From an uncultured virus (IMG/VR IMGVR_UViG_3300017761_005195) (taxonomy: Duplodnaviria > Heunggongvirae > Uroviricota > Caudoviricetes), in IMG/VR virus record IMGVR_UViG_3300017761_005195: a stretch of DNA of 64,000 bases, one strand, 5' to 3'. Position numbers and translations under genes: made by a program. Shown in pieces: positions 42,620 through 51,947 of this stretch. Within the stretch, counting starts at the first letter, position 1. The number at the start of each line of letters is the position of its first letter. The notes under the pieces are model-generated. The model was not told where the DNA came from, did not search any database, and saw only the letters and a program-made list of their open reading frames with translations.

Positions 42620-43018
42620 TTAATCTAAAGATATAACTTTATACATTAACTCCAAATTCGAAAAACCAAAGATAACATAACTCCCATCATCACCACTATG
42701 ATACCAAATCATCTTACACTTAGTACCATTCTCATCTACACACATAACAGAATAAATAGGATTACCCTTATCATCATATGATTTAGAAACAGTCTCAATC
42801 ATATCATAAGTCTGTGGTGTAGATGAATAAATATTAACCCTCTCATTCTGAGCCACTATTAAAACCCCAGATGTATACCACTCACTCCAACTTCCCCAAC
42901 CTTGACCATTATTAAGTCTCGATGAATAATCAGAAGCCCTCCACTTATATACCTGTTGTGAAAAAGATATGTTAATAATGAAGAATAAGAGTAAGGTTGT
43001 TAGTAGTATTTTTTTCAT
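42620..43018 (-). CDS. secreted hypothetical protein
   Basis: Signal peptide MKKILLTTLLLF...SFSQ. Confidence 0.7.
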   Translation of the reverse strand: MKKILLTTLLLFFIINISFSQQVYKWRASDYSSRLNNGQGWGSWSEWYTSGVLIVAQNERVNIYSSTPQTYDMIETVSKSYDDKGNPIYSVMCVDENGTKCKMIWYHSGDDGSYVIFGFSNLELMYKVISLD

Positions 43019-43023
43019 AGTGA

Positions 43024-43084
43024 TACAAATATATGAATAAAATTTGATAATGTTGATTTTTTTGAAAATTTTGTTAGTTCAGAT
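43024..43084. repeat. promoter-bearing direct repeat, copy 1
   Basis: acaaatata...aaatttgataatgttgatttttttgaaaattttgttag.tcagat repeated at about 43824-43883. Confidence 0.85.
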
Positions 43085-43097
43085 TTTAAACAAATCC

Positions 43098-43820
43098 CTA
43101 GACTATTTCTACCGAACCACCTAAATTATACCTTTCAAAAATAGATAAAATAAATTTTCTTTTCATATCAGTAGATGAATGAGTGTCCACCCAAAAATCT
43201 TTTACTTTAACAGCAACATTCTGTTTGTAATCAGCGAAATTATTCTTATCAGTCTTTAACATATTTGGAAAGTCTAAAGCAATCTGAACTAAATCAATTG
43301 TCTCAGAAACCTCTAATAAAAAATCTGTTAAACAATTCTTAGCCTTATTAGAAGTTATTACCCTATCACCATATGTTATCTTTAATGTAGTCCACTCAGC
43401 TTTTTTCCCAGCCCTTATCTCCTTCTCTAACTCCTTCTCAATCAAATCATCAGTCTTAACATCTATATCTAAATTAACCTCATTGAAAACAAAATTACCA
43501 TCTATTACCATATCACTTATAATCTGAAATAAAGTAGTAACCTTAGATTGAAATAAATCCCCATCTACATCATACCACTCACACCCATCATACTTATACT
43601 CAGCAAATATATTAGATATCAACTTCTCAACCTTCTCCCTATTTACATTAATGGGAATCTCCCAAGCCTTTAATATCATATACTTAATAGGTGATTTAGT
43701 CCTGCCTAATGAAAACTCCCTCTGATCCAAATTATCAGTAACACCAAACTTATAGTCTAATGGTAACTCCTTATTCTTTATGTGGTAATACCTACCAATG
43801 TAAACATATTGCTTTTTCAT
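43098..43820 (-). CDS. GIY-YIG/T5orf172-like domain protein
   Basis: YVYI...YKFGVT...RE, VEK, EWY. Confidence 0.65.
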   Translation of the reverse strand: MKKQYVYIGRYYHIKNKELPLDYKFGVTDNLDQREFSLGRTKSPIKYMILKAWEIPINVNREKVEKLISNIFAEYKYDGCEWYDVDGDLFQSKVTTLFQIISDMVIDGNFVFNEVNLDIDVKTDDLIEKELEKEIRAGKKAEWTTLKITYGDRVITSNKAKNCLTDFLLEVSETIDLVQIALDFPNMLKTDKNNFADYKQNVAVKVKDFWVDTHSSTDMKRKFILSIFERYNLGGSVEIV

Positions 43821-43823
43821 ATC

Positions 43824-43883
43824 ACAAATATACGAAATAAATTTGATAATGTTGATTTTTTTGAAAATTTTGTTAGATCAGAT
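43824..43883. repeat. promoter-bearing direct repeat, copy 2
   Basis: Near-identical to 43024-43084; contains TATATTTG on the minus strand. Confidence 0.85.
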
Positions 43884-43923
43884 GAACATCCAAACGAAAC
43901 CGTAAAAAACCGATAAATACTAA

Positions 43924-44523
43924 ATGTCAACACGTCAGGTCAAACTAATCCGAAACTGTCTCACCTGTGGGAACCCATTCCCAATCGACAATTCATATTA
44001 CATCGAAAAGCGTCCAGTACTCTATTGTTCTAAAACCTGTAAGAATCAGAAGTATACACTCAATCACAATTACTTCACACCCCCTCTGACTCCAGACAAA
44101 CTAATCACATTGGGTCAGATGGTTGCTACCTCATACATACAAAATGACCATACTATATTTGTTCGTTCAGACCTTCAGACTATTACAGACCTTCAGACTA
44201 AACTGAACTCAAATCAACCTGTCATTAAGTCAGATCAAAATAAATTAAGGTTAAAGATCTCATCTAGTCAGATGGTAAAAGATTTATCTAGTTATGGTAT
44301 TGTACATAATCAACTCTTCCAAGAGTTCATACCATATGACATATTCCAAGGACTCCTACAGACTGATTGTTATAAAATAGTAGATGGGGTTCAGACATTC
44401 CGAACCCCATCATCTAAGCTAGCTATGGAGGTGTGTTATAGGGTGAGTGGTGAGATTATCACAGAGACGTTTAAAGATGTCCCCAAGGGGGTTTTGGGTT
44501 GTTACTGGGTGGTTGTTTGGTGA
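43924..44523 (+). CDS. Zn-finger plus degenerate LAGLIDADG-like protein
   Basis: CLTC...YCSKTC; KY.LN.NYF...LG.M.A(TS)...L.ISS..MVKDL..YGI resembles phage LAGLIDADG endonucleases but lacks the catalytic DG. Confidence 0.5.
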   Translation: MSTRQVKLIRNCLTCGNPFPIDNSYYIEKRPVLYCSKTCKNQKYTLNHNYFTPPLTPDKLITLGQMVATSYIQNDHTIFVRSDLQTITDLQTKLNSNQPVIKSDQNKLRLKISSSQMVKDLSSYGIVHNQLFQEFIPYDIFQGLLQTDCYKIVDGVQTFRTPSSKLAMEVCYRVSGEIITETFKDVPKGVLGCYWVVVW

Positions 44524-44528
44524 TGTTA

Positions 44529-45773
44529 TTATTCAGTAGATTTTGCATATTCTTGTACTTCAGTGATAGATTGGACTAGTTCTGGGAACATCTTTTCCAA
44601 TAGTACATAATTCTTTATATTTTTTATATCTGTGTTAATTAGGGGTAGGCTATAAAACTTATCATCTAATCCTTTTTTGGTGGTGGTTTTTAAGTTTAGT
44701 GATTTCTTTTCATTATTGAACCTATCATATTCACCATCAACCCAGGATCTAAATTTTTTAATAATTTCCCTCAATTGTTTTTTATCAACTGATTTTTCTG
44801 AAATTTGGAGAGTTGGATTATTCTTATTGGAGGTAATGCCAAAGTGTTTTAGTACACTTTCTTTATCTTTTTTTATGAGATTGGATGTATCAATACTTAT
44901 TAACATTCTACCACCGACCCATTTATTATTAGTTCCATCTATCCCCCATCCGTTACCTAGTTTCAGGATTCTACCATTAAGACTTATGTAAATGCCTTGG
45001 TAATCGTGTGGGAAACCTTTTTTACCTTTTTTATCTAGTTCATTTTTGTTGGTATTTCTTGAGATATAATATCCTTGGAAGTCGATATCAAATGGTGTAT
45101 CATTAATTATTAGAGTTTGTGTTTTTGGATTATCCCAGGGTACAGTTTGTTCAGAACTTCTATAGAAGAGGTCAATGGGTGTTACTTCAATTGAATTTCC
45201 ATCATCAATTTTGAGTAGTATTGAATATGTTTCTGTTTTCAAGATATCATGATAATGAGCTCCTAAGTCATATCCCAATGTTTGTACACTATCAAAGATA
45301 TCATAGCTATTAGTTTTACAAGTTATGTAAAGATTATCATTATTAGGATCCTTTTCTGTGTGGTATTGGTATTCCATAGGTTTATTACTTTTGAAATTCA
45401 AATTAGCCACAATCTTTTCATTTTTAAGTGTTGTTTCTACATCTACTGTTCCGTTTTCACCAAGAAAAGTTAGTGCATAGAAAGCCCCAAGTCCATAATT
45501 ACCTATGTTATCTGAACCATAATCACCAGACTTACCTACTGAGAGGAGTTTTTTTAACTCAGGAAAGTCTAGACCTTTTTCATCATTTAGTATAGTAGTA
45601 ATACCTTTTTTCGTATCTATTTGAATATGGATATAACTGTTACCAGCATCGATGGAATTGTCAATTATTTCCATTATTGATGATTTAATGTCAAATCCAG
45701 CAGCTCTACCACCGTTCTTTGTAGGAAGATCAGTAGATACTTCTATGAGTGCTTTTTGATATGTTTGTGTCAT
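44529..45773 (-). CDS. GHKL (HATPase_c) ATPase domain protein
   Basis: EIIDNSIDA, NDEKG, IGNYGLG motifs. Confidence 0.8.
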   Translation of the reverse strand: MTQTYQKALIEVSTDLPTKNGGRAAGFDIKSSIMEIIDNSIDAGNSYIHIQIDTKKGITTILNDEKGLDFPELKKLLSVGKSGDYGSDNIGNYGLGAFYALTFLGENGTVDVETTLKNEKIVANLNFKSNKPMEYQYHTEKDPNNDNLYITCKTNSYDIFDSVQTLGYDLGAHYHDILKTETYSILLKIDDGNSIEVTPIDLFYRSSEQTVPWDNPKTQTLIINDTPFDIDFQGYYISRNTNKNELDKKGKKGFPHDYQGIYISLNGRILKLGNGWGIDGTNNKWVGGRMLISIDTSNLIKKDKESVLKHFGITSNKNNPTLQISEKSVDKKQLREIIKKFRSWVDGEYDRFNNEKKSLNLKTTTKKGLDDKFYSLPLINTDIKNIKNYVLLEKMFPELVQSITEVQEYAKSTE

Positions 45774-45900
45774 AATTTTAAATTGTTTTTTATTATATAT
45801 ATATAAAAGTTAATTACTTGTTTATATATAAAATGAAAAAATGATTTAATATATTTCTTTTTTAAAAACTATTATTGTTAGTGGGTGGTTATATGGTAGA

Positions 45901-47595
45901 TCAGAAACTATTATTTATAAGATTTATTTCTGATTTTATTTTATTTTTTATTAGGTTTAATGATTCATAATGATTTTTTAGAGATTCATTAAATTTAATT
46001 AGATTTTCCAAATTTGGTATTTTAACTGATAGGAAATCATCATCTGTTATAGATGACATGATAGAACCAGTGGTTTTGCTTTTTATTTGATTTTGTATTA
46101 GATCAGATTTGAGTAAACCGAGTATAAATTCTGGTGTATGGTTTTTTGGTTTTATTACTACAAATCCTGTACTTACTACACAATCGTTATAATCTTCTGT
46201 GATAATTGATATTTTATCTGAGGATTGTTTAAGTCTAGCAATTATTATATCACCTGTTTTTACTACGATTTTGGCTCTTGATGGTAGTTCTGTGTATTCG
46301 AGTTCATCGCATCCATTAATAAATCCAAAATCATCTATATTAGAGAATTCTATATATTTTTTAGTTCCTGTGAATGGTCTTATTCTTGTACCTGATTTAT
46401 CGCAGATAGTAGATAGGTTATGGCCAGAAACTATTGATAGGTAAAATTTAGCATCAAATCTAGTATCTTTTACTTCTTTGAAATAATTTTCATTATGATT
46501 TGTATATGAATCGATGCAATCAATTAGTTCATTTTGGGATATTTCTTTAGCGAATTTTGTTTTTCTTTCAAATCCAACTTCTTTGGGATTATAAAGGAAA
46601 GTTTTGTTGGTATTATTATCAATTTTTTTCCTAATAAATAGGATACTAGTATCACATCCTGTGCCAGAGGATTTGAATGTATTTTCTGGAAGATCTATTG
46701 AGGCTATGATATCACAATTAGATTGGATATATTTTCTCACCATTCTATCAGAGGAATTTGACAGAATCCCATCTGGTAGAACAATTGATGCTATTCCACC
46801 CTTTTTTAAGGATTTTATAATTTTTTCTATAAAGATTATTTCTAATACTTCTTCTCTTTTACCCATTGATAGGAAGAAGTTATCTAATCTATCTTTTCTT
46901 TTTTCTTTAACTCCGAATGGTGGGTTAGTTAGAATTACATCATAGAAATTTTCTTTATCATTATCAATGAAATCTTTATTATCAATCTCACAGTTAATTA
47001 TTTTATGTGCTAATAGATTTCTTTTACATACTGAAATAATTCTAGGATTTATATCTGATCCATAGTATTTTATATCATTACCATATAATTTGTGGAAATC
47101 AACTAGGAATCCACCACTTCCACAAGTTGGATCAAATACGTTTTCTATATTTAAGTCTAACTTTTTAATTATTTCATGAGTAAATTTTGAGATAAAGTTG
47201 ACTATCTTTTTGGGTGTGAAAAACTGACCTAAATCACCAGTGAAAGTTCTTCCTAAAAACTTCTCAAAAGTTCTTCCTTTAACATCCTCAGTTTCATTAA
47301 AAAGATCGTATTCTGAAAGTACAGTTAATATAGTTTCTAAAGTAGAATCTTTTAAATTAATTTGATTATCTGAAAATATATCAGTATTACCTTCATATAG
47401 TTCTTGATACTTTTTTCTTAAATCAGATGGTGTAATTATTTCATTTTTATTCATCAAACAAAAAAGAACTTTACTCATTTCATCAAAAGCATCTGATGAT
47501 GTTAAGCCGTCTATGTTTCTAATTGCATCTTGACAAGATTCAATTGCTATATTAATATTCGCCATTTTTAAAATTGTTTTTTTATTTATATACAA
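45901..47595 (-). CDS. N6-adenine DNA methyltransferase with C-terminal specificity (HsdS-like) domain
   Basis: GQFFTP, DPTCGSGGF, NPPFG, VLPDG; C-terminal SRA...GDIII, VSTGF, TGS pattern. Confidence 0.88.
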   Translation of the reverse strand: MYINKKTILKMANINIAIESCQDAIRNIDGLTSSDAFDEMSKVLFCLMNKNEIITPSDLRKKYQELYEGNTDIFSDNQINLKDSTLETILTVLSEYDLFNETEDVKGRTFEKFLGRTFTGDLGQFFTPKKIVNFISKFTHEIIKKLDLNIENVFDPTCGSGGFLVDFHKLYGNDIKYYGSDINPRIISVCKRNLLAHKIINCEIDNKDFIDNDKENFYDVILTNPPFGVKEKRKDRLDNFFLSMGKREEVLEIIFIEKIIKSLKKGGIASIVLPDGILSNSSDRMVRKYIQSNCDIIASIDLPENTFKSSGTGCDTSILFIRKKIDNNTNKTFLYNPKEVGFERKTKFAKEISQNELIDCIDSYTNHNENYFKEVKDTRFDAKFYLSIVSGHNLSTICDKSGTRIRPFTGTKKYIEFSNIDDFGFINGCDELEYTELPSRAKIVVKTGDIIIARLKQSSDKISIITEDYNDCVVSTGFVVIKPKNHTPEFILGLLKSDLIQNQIKSKTTGSIMSSITDDDFLSVKIPNLENLIKFNESLKNHYESLNLIKNKIKSEINLINNSF

Positions 47596-47624
47596 AAAAT
47601 GTAAATTGTTTTACAAAAAATGTA

Positions 47625-48644
47625 CTAAAACTTAGAAGTGAAATACATCTTTTCTAGTTCATCTGTTGAGTATGAATCTAATTCAGATTGAAGGGTTAGA
47701 TGGTTTTCCTTTGTAGCTTTCATATCATAGATTCTCATTATGAGTTGTTTCCTCCAAGTAAAGTCGTGTGAATAACCCCCTTGATGTCTATTGCTTTCAG
47801 AAGTACCAATAACTGTGTTTTTGGATGTTGTTGTATAGTCTAGTTCTGGGTTAATGTGGCAGAATTCTAGTCCTTTCACTTTTGAGTGGTGTGTATTAGA
47901 ATCGAAATATTTCCAAGAGATAGGGGTTTTATAGTAATAGTCTACAAGGTAGAATTCTCTTGGTGCATATCCTTTAGTAGCCCAGAAATCTTTAATATCT
48001 TGTGGGGTGTCAATTATACTAAGTATATCAATAAGTCTTTCTTCGAATATTTTAATAGCTTGGGAGAATCCACACTGGTCGGACTTTCTAATTCCATTCG
48101 GAAGAAGGGTAGAATCATCAGTTTCCCATTTTTGGATATCAGATACTCTTGACTGTCTAGTTCCACGGTTCTTATGTGGTGAACCAGGTTTAGCTTTCAT
48201 ACCAGTCCTTAATACGGTTTCATTTAAAACTTTATTTTTATCCTTTTGAAATAAGATTTCTTCACTAATCGTAGCTGCTGGACTTCCTTTAGCTTGGAAT
48301 ACCCAGGTTGAAAAGGTAGTGAACTGTTTTTGATATTGTGGGTATTTATTAGTGAATTCAGACAGCCACTTTTTAAGTGTTGAGTATTTTTCTGGTTCAA
48401 TAACATATTCGTTTATGGTGTCTGAAAGTTCCTGAGTCAATTGGATTTCCTCTATAAGATTACTATTTAGTAGATCATTGAACTTATCAATATTAAGGAG
48501 ACTATCTTGCCCTTGGCAATAAATTTCGGTTTTATAAGACTTCTTAGTAGGCACTTGTTGGAAAACTATAATAGAGTTTTCTACTAAATAGCTTTTCTGT
48601 CCTGTTACGACCGATGTTATAACTTTATAATATTTTTTTTTCAT
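47625..48644 (-). CDS. putative restriction endonuclease (HNH/beta-beta-alpha-Me type)
   Basis: FCHINP...N.......SNRHQG motif next to the methyltransferase. Confidence 0.55.
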   Translation of the reverse strand: MKKKYYKVITSVVTGQKSYLVENSIIVFQQVPTKKSYKTEIYCQGQDSLLNIDKFNDLLNSNLIEEIQLTQELSDTINEYVIEPEKYSTLKKWLSEFTNKYPQYQKQFTTFSTWVFQAKGSPAATISEEILFQKDKNKVLNETVLRTGMKAKPGSPHKNRGTRQSRVSDIQKWETDDSTLLPNGIRKSDQCGFSQAIKIFEERLIDILSIIDTPQDIKDFWATKGYAPREFYLVDYYYKTPISWKYFDSNTHHSKVKGLEFCHINPELDYTTTSKNTVIGTSESNRHQGGYSHDFTWRKQLIMRIYDMKATKENHLTLQSELDSYSTDELEKMYFTSKF

Positions 48645-48729
48645 AATACAAATATAATAAAGTTTGAGTTAGTTACCAAATCTTTTTTGAAATTGTACTA
48701 TCCTTTCATTAATCTCTTCATCATATGGG

Positions 48730-48930
48730 TTATCGATTATCTATTAAACTAATTATACCTTTTTCACAGAAAAAGCTTTCCAACACAAAAGTGTTATAAC
48801 TTTTATCTTTGTGAATAATTTTACCATCTTTAAGTATTTCTAAACACGGTTTGCTAAACCAAGTTTTTCCTTGTGAAAAATAATTTGCTACATACTTTTC
48901 ACCATTATAAGTTACTTCTATTGTTTTCAT
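48730..48930 (-). CDS. hypothetical protein
   Basis: 66 aa; TACCTTTG box upstream. Confidence 0.6.
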   Translation of the reverse strand: MKTIEVTYNGEKYVANYFSQGKTWFSKPCLEILKDGKIIHKDKSYNTFVLESFFCEKGIISLIDNR

Positions 48931-48981
48931 ATGGGTACAAAGGTAATAATTTTATTTGAGATTTCCAAAAGGAGTTTAGAG

Positions 48982-48997
48982 TGTAGATATATGTTAG
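48982..48997 (+). other. candidate attI-like site
   Basis: TGTAGATATATGTTAG directly before a solo cassette; identical at 50835, one mismatch at 61948. Confidence 0.55.
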
Positions 48998-49003
48998 TTA
49001 TAG

Positions 49004-49183
49004 TTAATTTATCTTTATTTCCTTGTAGTATTTCTTTTTACCTTTGTAGATACAATCTTCAACATTAACATCATCACCATTTAGTTTTTTAGATAAACTA
49101 ACTATAACATCAGATATATCCAATTTTTTATCCAATGTTAATTCAACTTCTGTTCCATTTACTTCTACTTTACCTTTTATCAT
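49004..49183 (-). CDS. solo-cassette ORF (KKLDISDV leader type)
   Basis: 59 aa; body 48997-49108 bounded by GTTATAGTTAATTTATCT / AGATAAACTAACTATAAC. Confidence 0.6.
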   Translation of the reverse strand: MIKGKVEVNGTEVELTLDKKLDISDVIVSLSKKLNGDDVNVEDCIYKGKKKYYKEIKIN

Positions 49184-49239
49184 AATTTTATCTTTTTAAT
49201 TTTAAAAAACTGTATATTCTAATATAAAAAAATTATTTA

Positions 49240-49470
49240 TTATTTCTTTTCAACCAAGACCCAATTATGTTGTCCGGTATTAATAACGATGGCTTGGTGT
49301 TTTTCACCATCAAACCCTGTATACTCTAAGGTTTTCTGGGTACTTTCTCTTACTTCAAGAGGGTCATATGTTTTATGTGCAAAGATTATTATGACTCCAA
49401 TAAAAAAGATAGAGAAGATTACTGCTAAGGCCGCCTTTTGTGGTGCAGATAACGAATTAATATTTTTCAT
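49240..49470 (-). CDS. membrane-anchored hypothetical protein
   Basis: One TM helix; TATCTTTG box upstream. Confidence 0.6.
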   Translation of the reverse strand: MKNINSLSAPQKAALAVIFSIFFIGVIIIFAHKTYDPLEVRESTQKTLEYTGFDGEKHQAIVINTGQHNWVLVEKK

Positions 49471-49508
49471 ATGGGTACAAAGATATTAACTTTATTTGAA
49501 ATTTCCAA

Positions 49509-49760
49509 TTAATCTAACAATTCTTCAATTTTAAAATTTCTATACTCTTCTAACTTCATAAAGTTTGATCTTTCAAATAGTCCAAGATAATCCCCATCTG
49601 ATGAAAATAATCTTGCCAAATTTAAATAAAAGAAATCGGATGTAGTAAAAATTTGACCATTTTTTATTCTTATAGGAATTTCCGTATTCCACGGCCAAGG
49701 CTCCTGGCGTGCTTCTTCACAATTTTTTATACAGATTACTTTGAATTCATAATTCTCCAT
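49509..49760 (-). CDS. hypothetical protein
   Basis: 83 aa; C-terminal RNFKIEELL; its 3' end is duplicated at about 49763-49822. Confidence 0.6.
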   Translation of the reverse strand: MENYEFKVICIKNCEEARQEPWPWNTEIPIRIKNGQIFTTSDFFYLNLARLFSSDGDYLGLFERSNFMKLEEYRNFKIEELLD

Positions 49761-50130
49761 AACTAATCTAACAATTTTTCAATTTTAAAATTTCTATACA
49801 CTTCTAACTTCATAAAGTTTGAGTTATCGAATACCTTAAATTCCAATTTTATTTCCATACGACAAAGATAATGAATTATTCTAATATAAAAAAATTATTT
49901 AATATATTTGTTTTTTTCAAAAAAATCAATTATCTTTGTATCGGTTCAAATTTTTAGTCGGTTCTTATATTATGGTGGGGAGCAAACCCAAGGTGTATCG
50001 CCGGCAGGTCGCCCTTTTTTATATAAAAAAAAATAAGCGAATTACCTTCGATTAACCTTCCATTTTTCTCTGGCTTCTGTCATAGTGTTTCAATGACAAT
50101 ACAAAGATAGGGAAATATTCTATCACTTCC

Positions 50131-50189
50131 AAATTTATTTTAAGATTTCGTAATGATTGGTTTTTTTCACTTGCCAGTTTGGTTAAAGG
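50131..50189. repeat. direct repeat flanking the 50167-50724 gene, copy 1
   Basis: atttattttaagatttcgtaatgattggtttttttcacttgccagtttggttaaa also at about 50761-50816. Confidence 0.85.
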
Positions 50190-50724
50190 TCATAATTATA
50201 AGGGATTTGTTGGGTTTTAAGTCTAACTGCTTGCGTGGATTAATCCAGTCCCAGAAATCTTCATTTGAATTATCGATATGATTTTTGATATCTAAGGATT
50301 CAAATTTTTTCTGTAAGGACTTTGATTTCCCTATATTTTGGTTTATAATACTTTCTATATAATTTAGAACCTCTTGGCCAGCATTTCCAATGAAATTACC
50401 ATTATCATCTATTTTATCAATGTGTCCTATTTTAAAGAAAATAGAATCATCTTGAGAAACATCTAGTATTTCAGAAATTTTATTATCTCTAATTTTAAGT
50501 GGGTCTATTGTATTAAGCTTGTAAAAATCATCTAATGATTTAATAGAGCCATTTATTTCAAGACCTAATCTACTAATAGCTGGTCCGATAGTTTTATACT
50601 TGTTAGCATCAAACCAATTTTGTGAGAATTCATCAGAACATTTATTTTTCCACTTTACGAAATAACCATCACCTTGTGCATAGTCATATAACTTAAAGGG
50701 GGTTCTCCAAACAATATATTTCAT
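50167..50724 (-). CDS. hypothetical protein
   Basis: 185 aa; TATCTTTG box 4 nt before ATG. Confidence 0.65.
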   Translation of the reverse strand: MKYIVWRTPFKLYDYAQGDGYFVKWKNKCSDEFSQNWFDANKYKTIGPAISRLGLEINGSIKSLDDFYKLNTIDPLKIRDNKISEILDVSQDDSIFFKIGHIDKIDDNGNFIGNAGQEVLNYIESIINQNIGKSKSLQKKFESLDIKNHIDNSNEDFWDWINPRKQLDLKPNKSLIIMTFNQTGK

Positions 50725-50760
50725 AAAACAAAGATACTAACTTTATTTGAAAAAACCACA

Positions 50761-50819
50761 ATTTATTTTAAGATTTCGTAATGATTGGTTTTTTTCACTT
50801 GCCAGTTTGGTTAAAAGGT
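50761..50819. repeat. direct repeat flanking the 50167-50724 gene, copy 2
   Basis: Near-identical to 50131-50189. Confidence 0.85.
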
Positions 50820-50834
50820 GGAAAATGGGGTTAT

Positions 50835-50850
50835 TGTAGATATATGTTAG
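50835..50850 (+). other. candidate attI-like site at the head of the cassette array
   Basis: TGTAGATATATGTTAG then TTAGTAGT; first cassette starts at its final G. Confidence 0.55.
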
Positions 50851-50863
50851 TTAGTAGTAATGT

Positions 50864-51097
50864 TTATTTAGGTGTTCCTGTAATTATAACTTTACTACTA
50901 ATTTCTGATGATTTTGGATAACATTCATCCCACATTTTTTGTAGTTGTTCTGGCGTATATCTTCTTTTCAAATCTTCCAAATCATCAGAAATTGGATAGT
51001 TTGGTCTAAATCCGTTATAAACACTACTACTAACATCAGATATATGTAATTTTTTATCTGATTTATCGAGTTCTCCGCTATTATTATCTTTATCCAT
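50864..51097 (-). CDS. cassette 1 ORF (starts inside attC-like loop)
   Basis: KKLHISDVSSS reads through the TAAC core. Confidence 0.65.
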   Translation of the reverse strand: MDKDNNSGELDKSDKKLHISDVSSSVYNGFRPNYPISDDLEDLKRRYTPEQLQKMWDECYPKSSEISSKVIITGTPK

Positions 51098-51157
51098 ATT
51101 ATTTAAGTTTATTGTTTCAATTTAAGTAAAAACTACATATATCTGTAATAGTTATAA
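51028..51157 (+). repeat. attC-like site A (ISDV family)
   Basis: TAAC at CAGATATATGTA ... TACATATATCTG taata GTTA. Confidence 0.8.
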
Positions 51158-51165
51158 GTAATAAA

Positions 51166-51480
51166 TTAAAAACCAGTTTGTCTAAAATCTTTACACATCT
51201 TAGCAATTATATCTCTACTTTTGTAAGATTTTTCTATTTCTTCTTTTGATAGAAAATAAACTTCACTATTGATACAATAGTTAAGAAATAGTGATGATAT
51301 ATGTTGTAAAAATAGAAAAATCTTACTCCTAACATCATAGTCAGAAGTATCCATATTACCAATAAAAGATTTTAGAGAAACTTGAATATGAAATTCTATC
51401 TTTTCATCATCAAGTCTCAATGTTTCATCAACTATTTTTTTACTAAATTCGTAATCTTTATATTCTAATTTCATATTCAA
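51166..51480 (-). CDS. cassette 2 ORF
   Basis: About 104 aa between sites A and B. Confidence 0.65.
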   Translation of the reverse strand: MNMKLEYKDYEFSKKIVDETLRLDDEKIEFHIQVSLKSFIGNMDTSDYDVRSKIFLFLQHISSLFLNYCINSEVYFLSKEEIEKSYKSRDIIAKMCKDFRQTGF

Positions 51481-51499
51481 ATGTTTTTAATTTACATAC

Positions 51500-51553
51500 T
51501 TATAACAAATGATAAACAACATTAAAACGATTGTTTATCATCGGACGTTATGT
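51500..51553 (+). repeat. attC-like site B (short 54-bp family)
   Basis: TAAC aa ATGATAAACAA cattaaaacga TTGTTTATCAT cggac GTTA. Confidence 0.85.
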
Positions 51554-51564
51554 GTAATAATTTT

Positions 51565-51822
51565 TTATCCGCCTAACTCTGAAATTCTATTTTGAATTTT
51601 CTTTTTTAAATTAAGAAACCCCTCTTTTTGTTGTTTCTCCATTTCTTCAACAGATAGATTTCTCATTTTCGCTTTCATCTTTTTAATAACATCACTATCT
51701 TTACCAATATTATCAATATCCATATCAACATATCTTTCTAATTCTTTAAGATATTCTATATCTGTTGATTTTTCAATATCCTTATTAATGTCAAAGTTAT
51801 TAAAATTTTCTAAGTATTTCAT
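51565..51822 (-). CDS. cassette 3 ORF (MKYLENF leader)
   Basis: 85 aa with its own TATATA motif upstream. Confidence 0.65.
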   Translation of the reverse strand: MKYLENFNNFDINKDIEKSTDIEYLKELERYVDMDIDNIGKDSDVIKKMKAKMRNLSVEEMEKQQKEGFLNLKKKIQNRISELGG

Positions 51823-51887
51823 AATTTAAGTTTATTTAGTTTATATATAAAAATTCAAAATAGAAATCCCTCCCACAAAATTACTAC

Positions 51888-51941
51888 ACATAACAAATGA
51901 TAAACAACATTAAAACGATTGTTTATCATCAGACGTTATAT
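51888..51941 (+). repeat. attC-like site C (short family)
   Basis: One mismatch from site B between the cores. Confidence 0.85.
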
Positions 51942-51947
51942 TCAATT

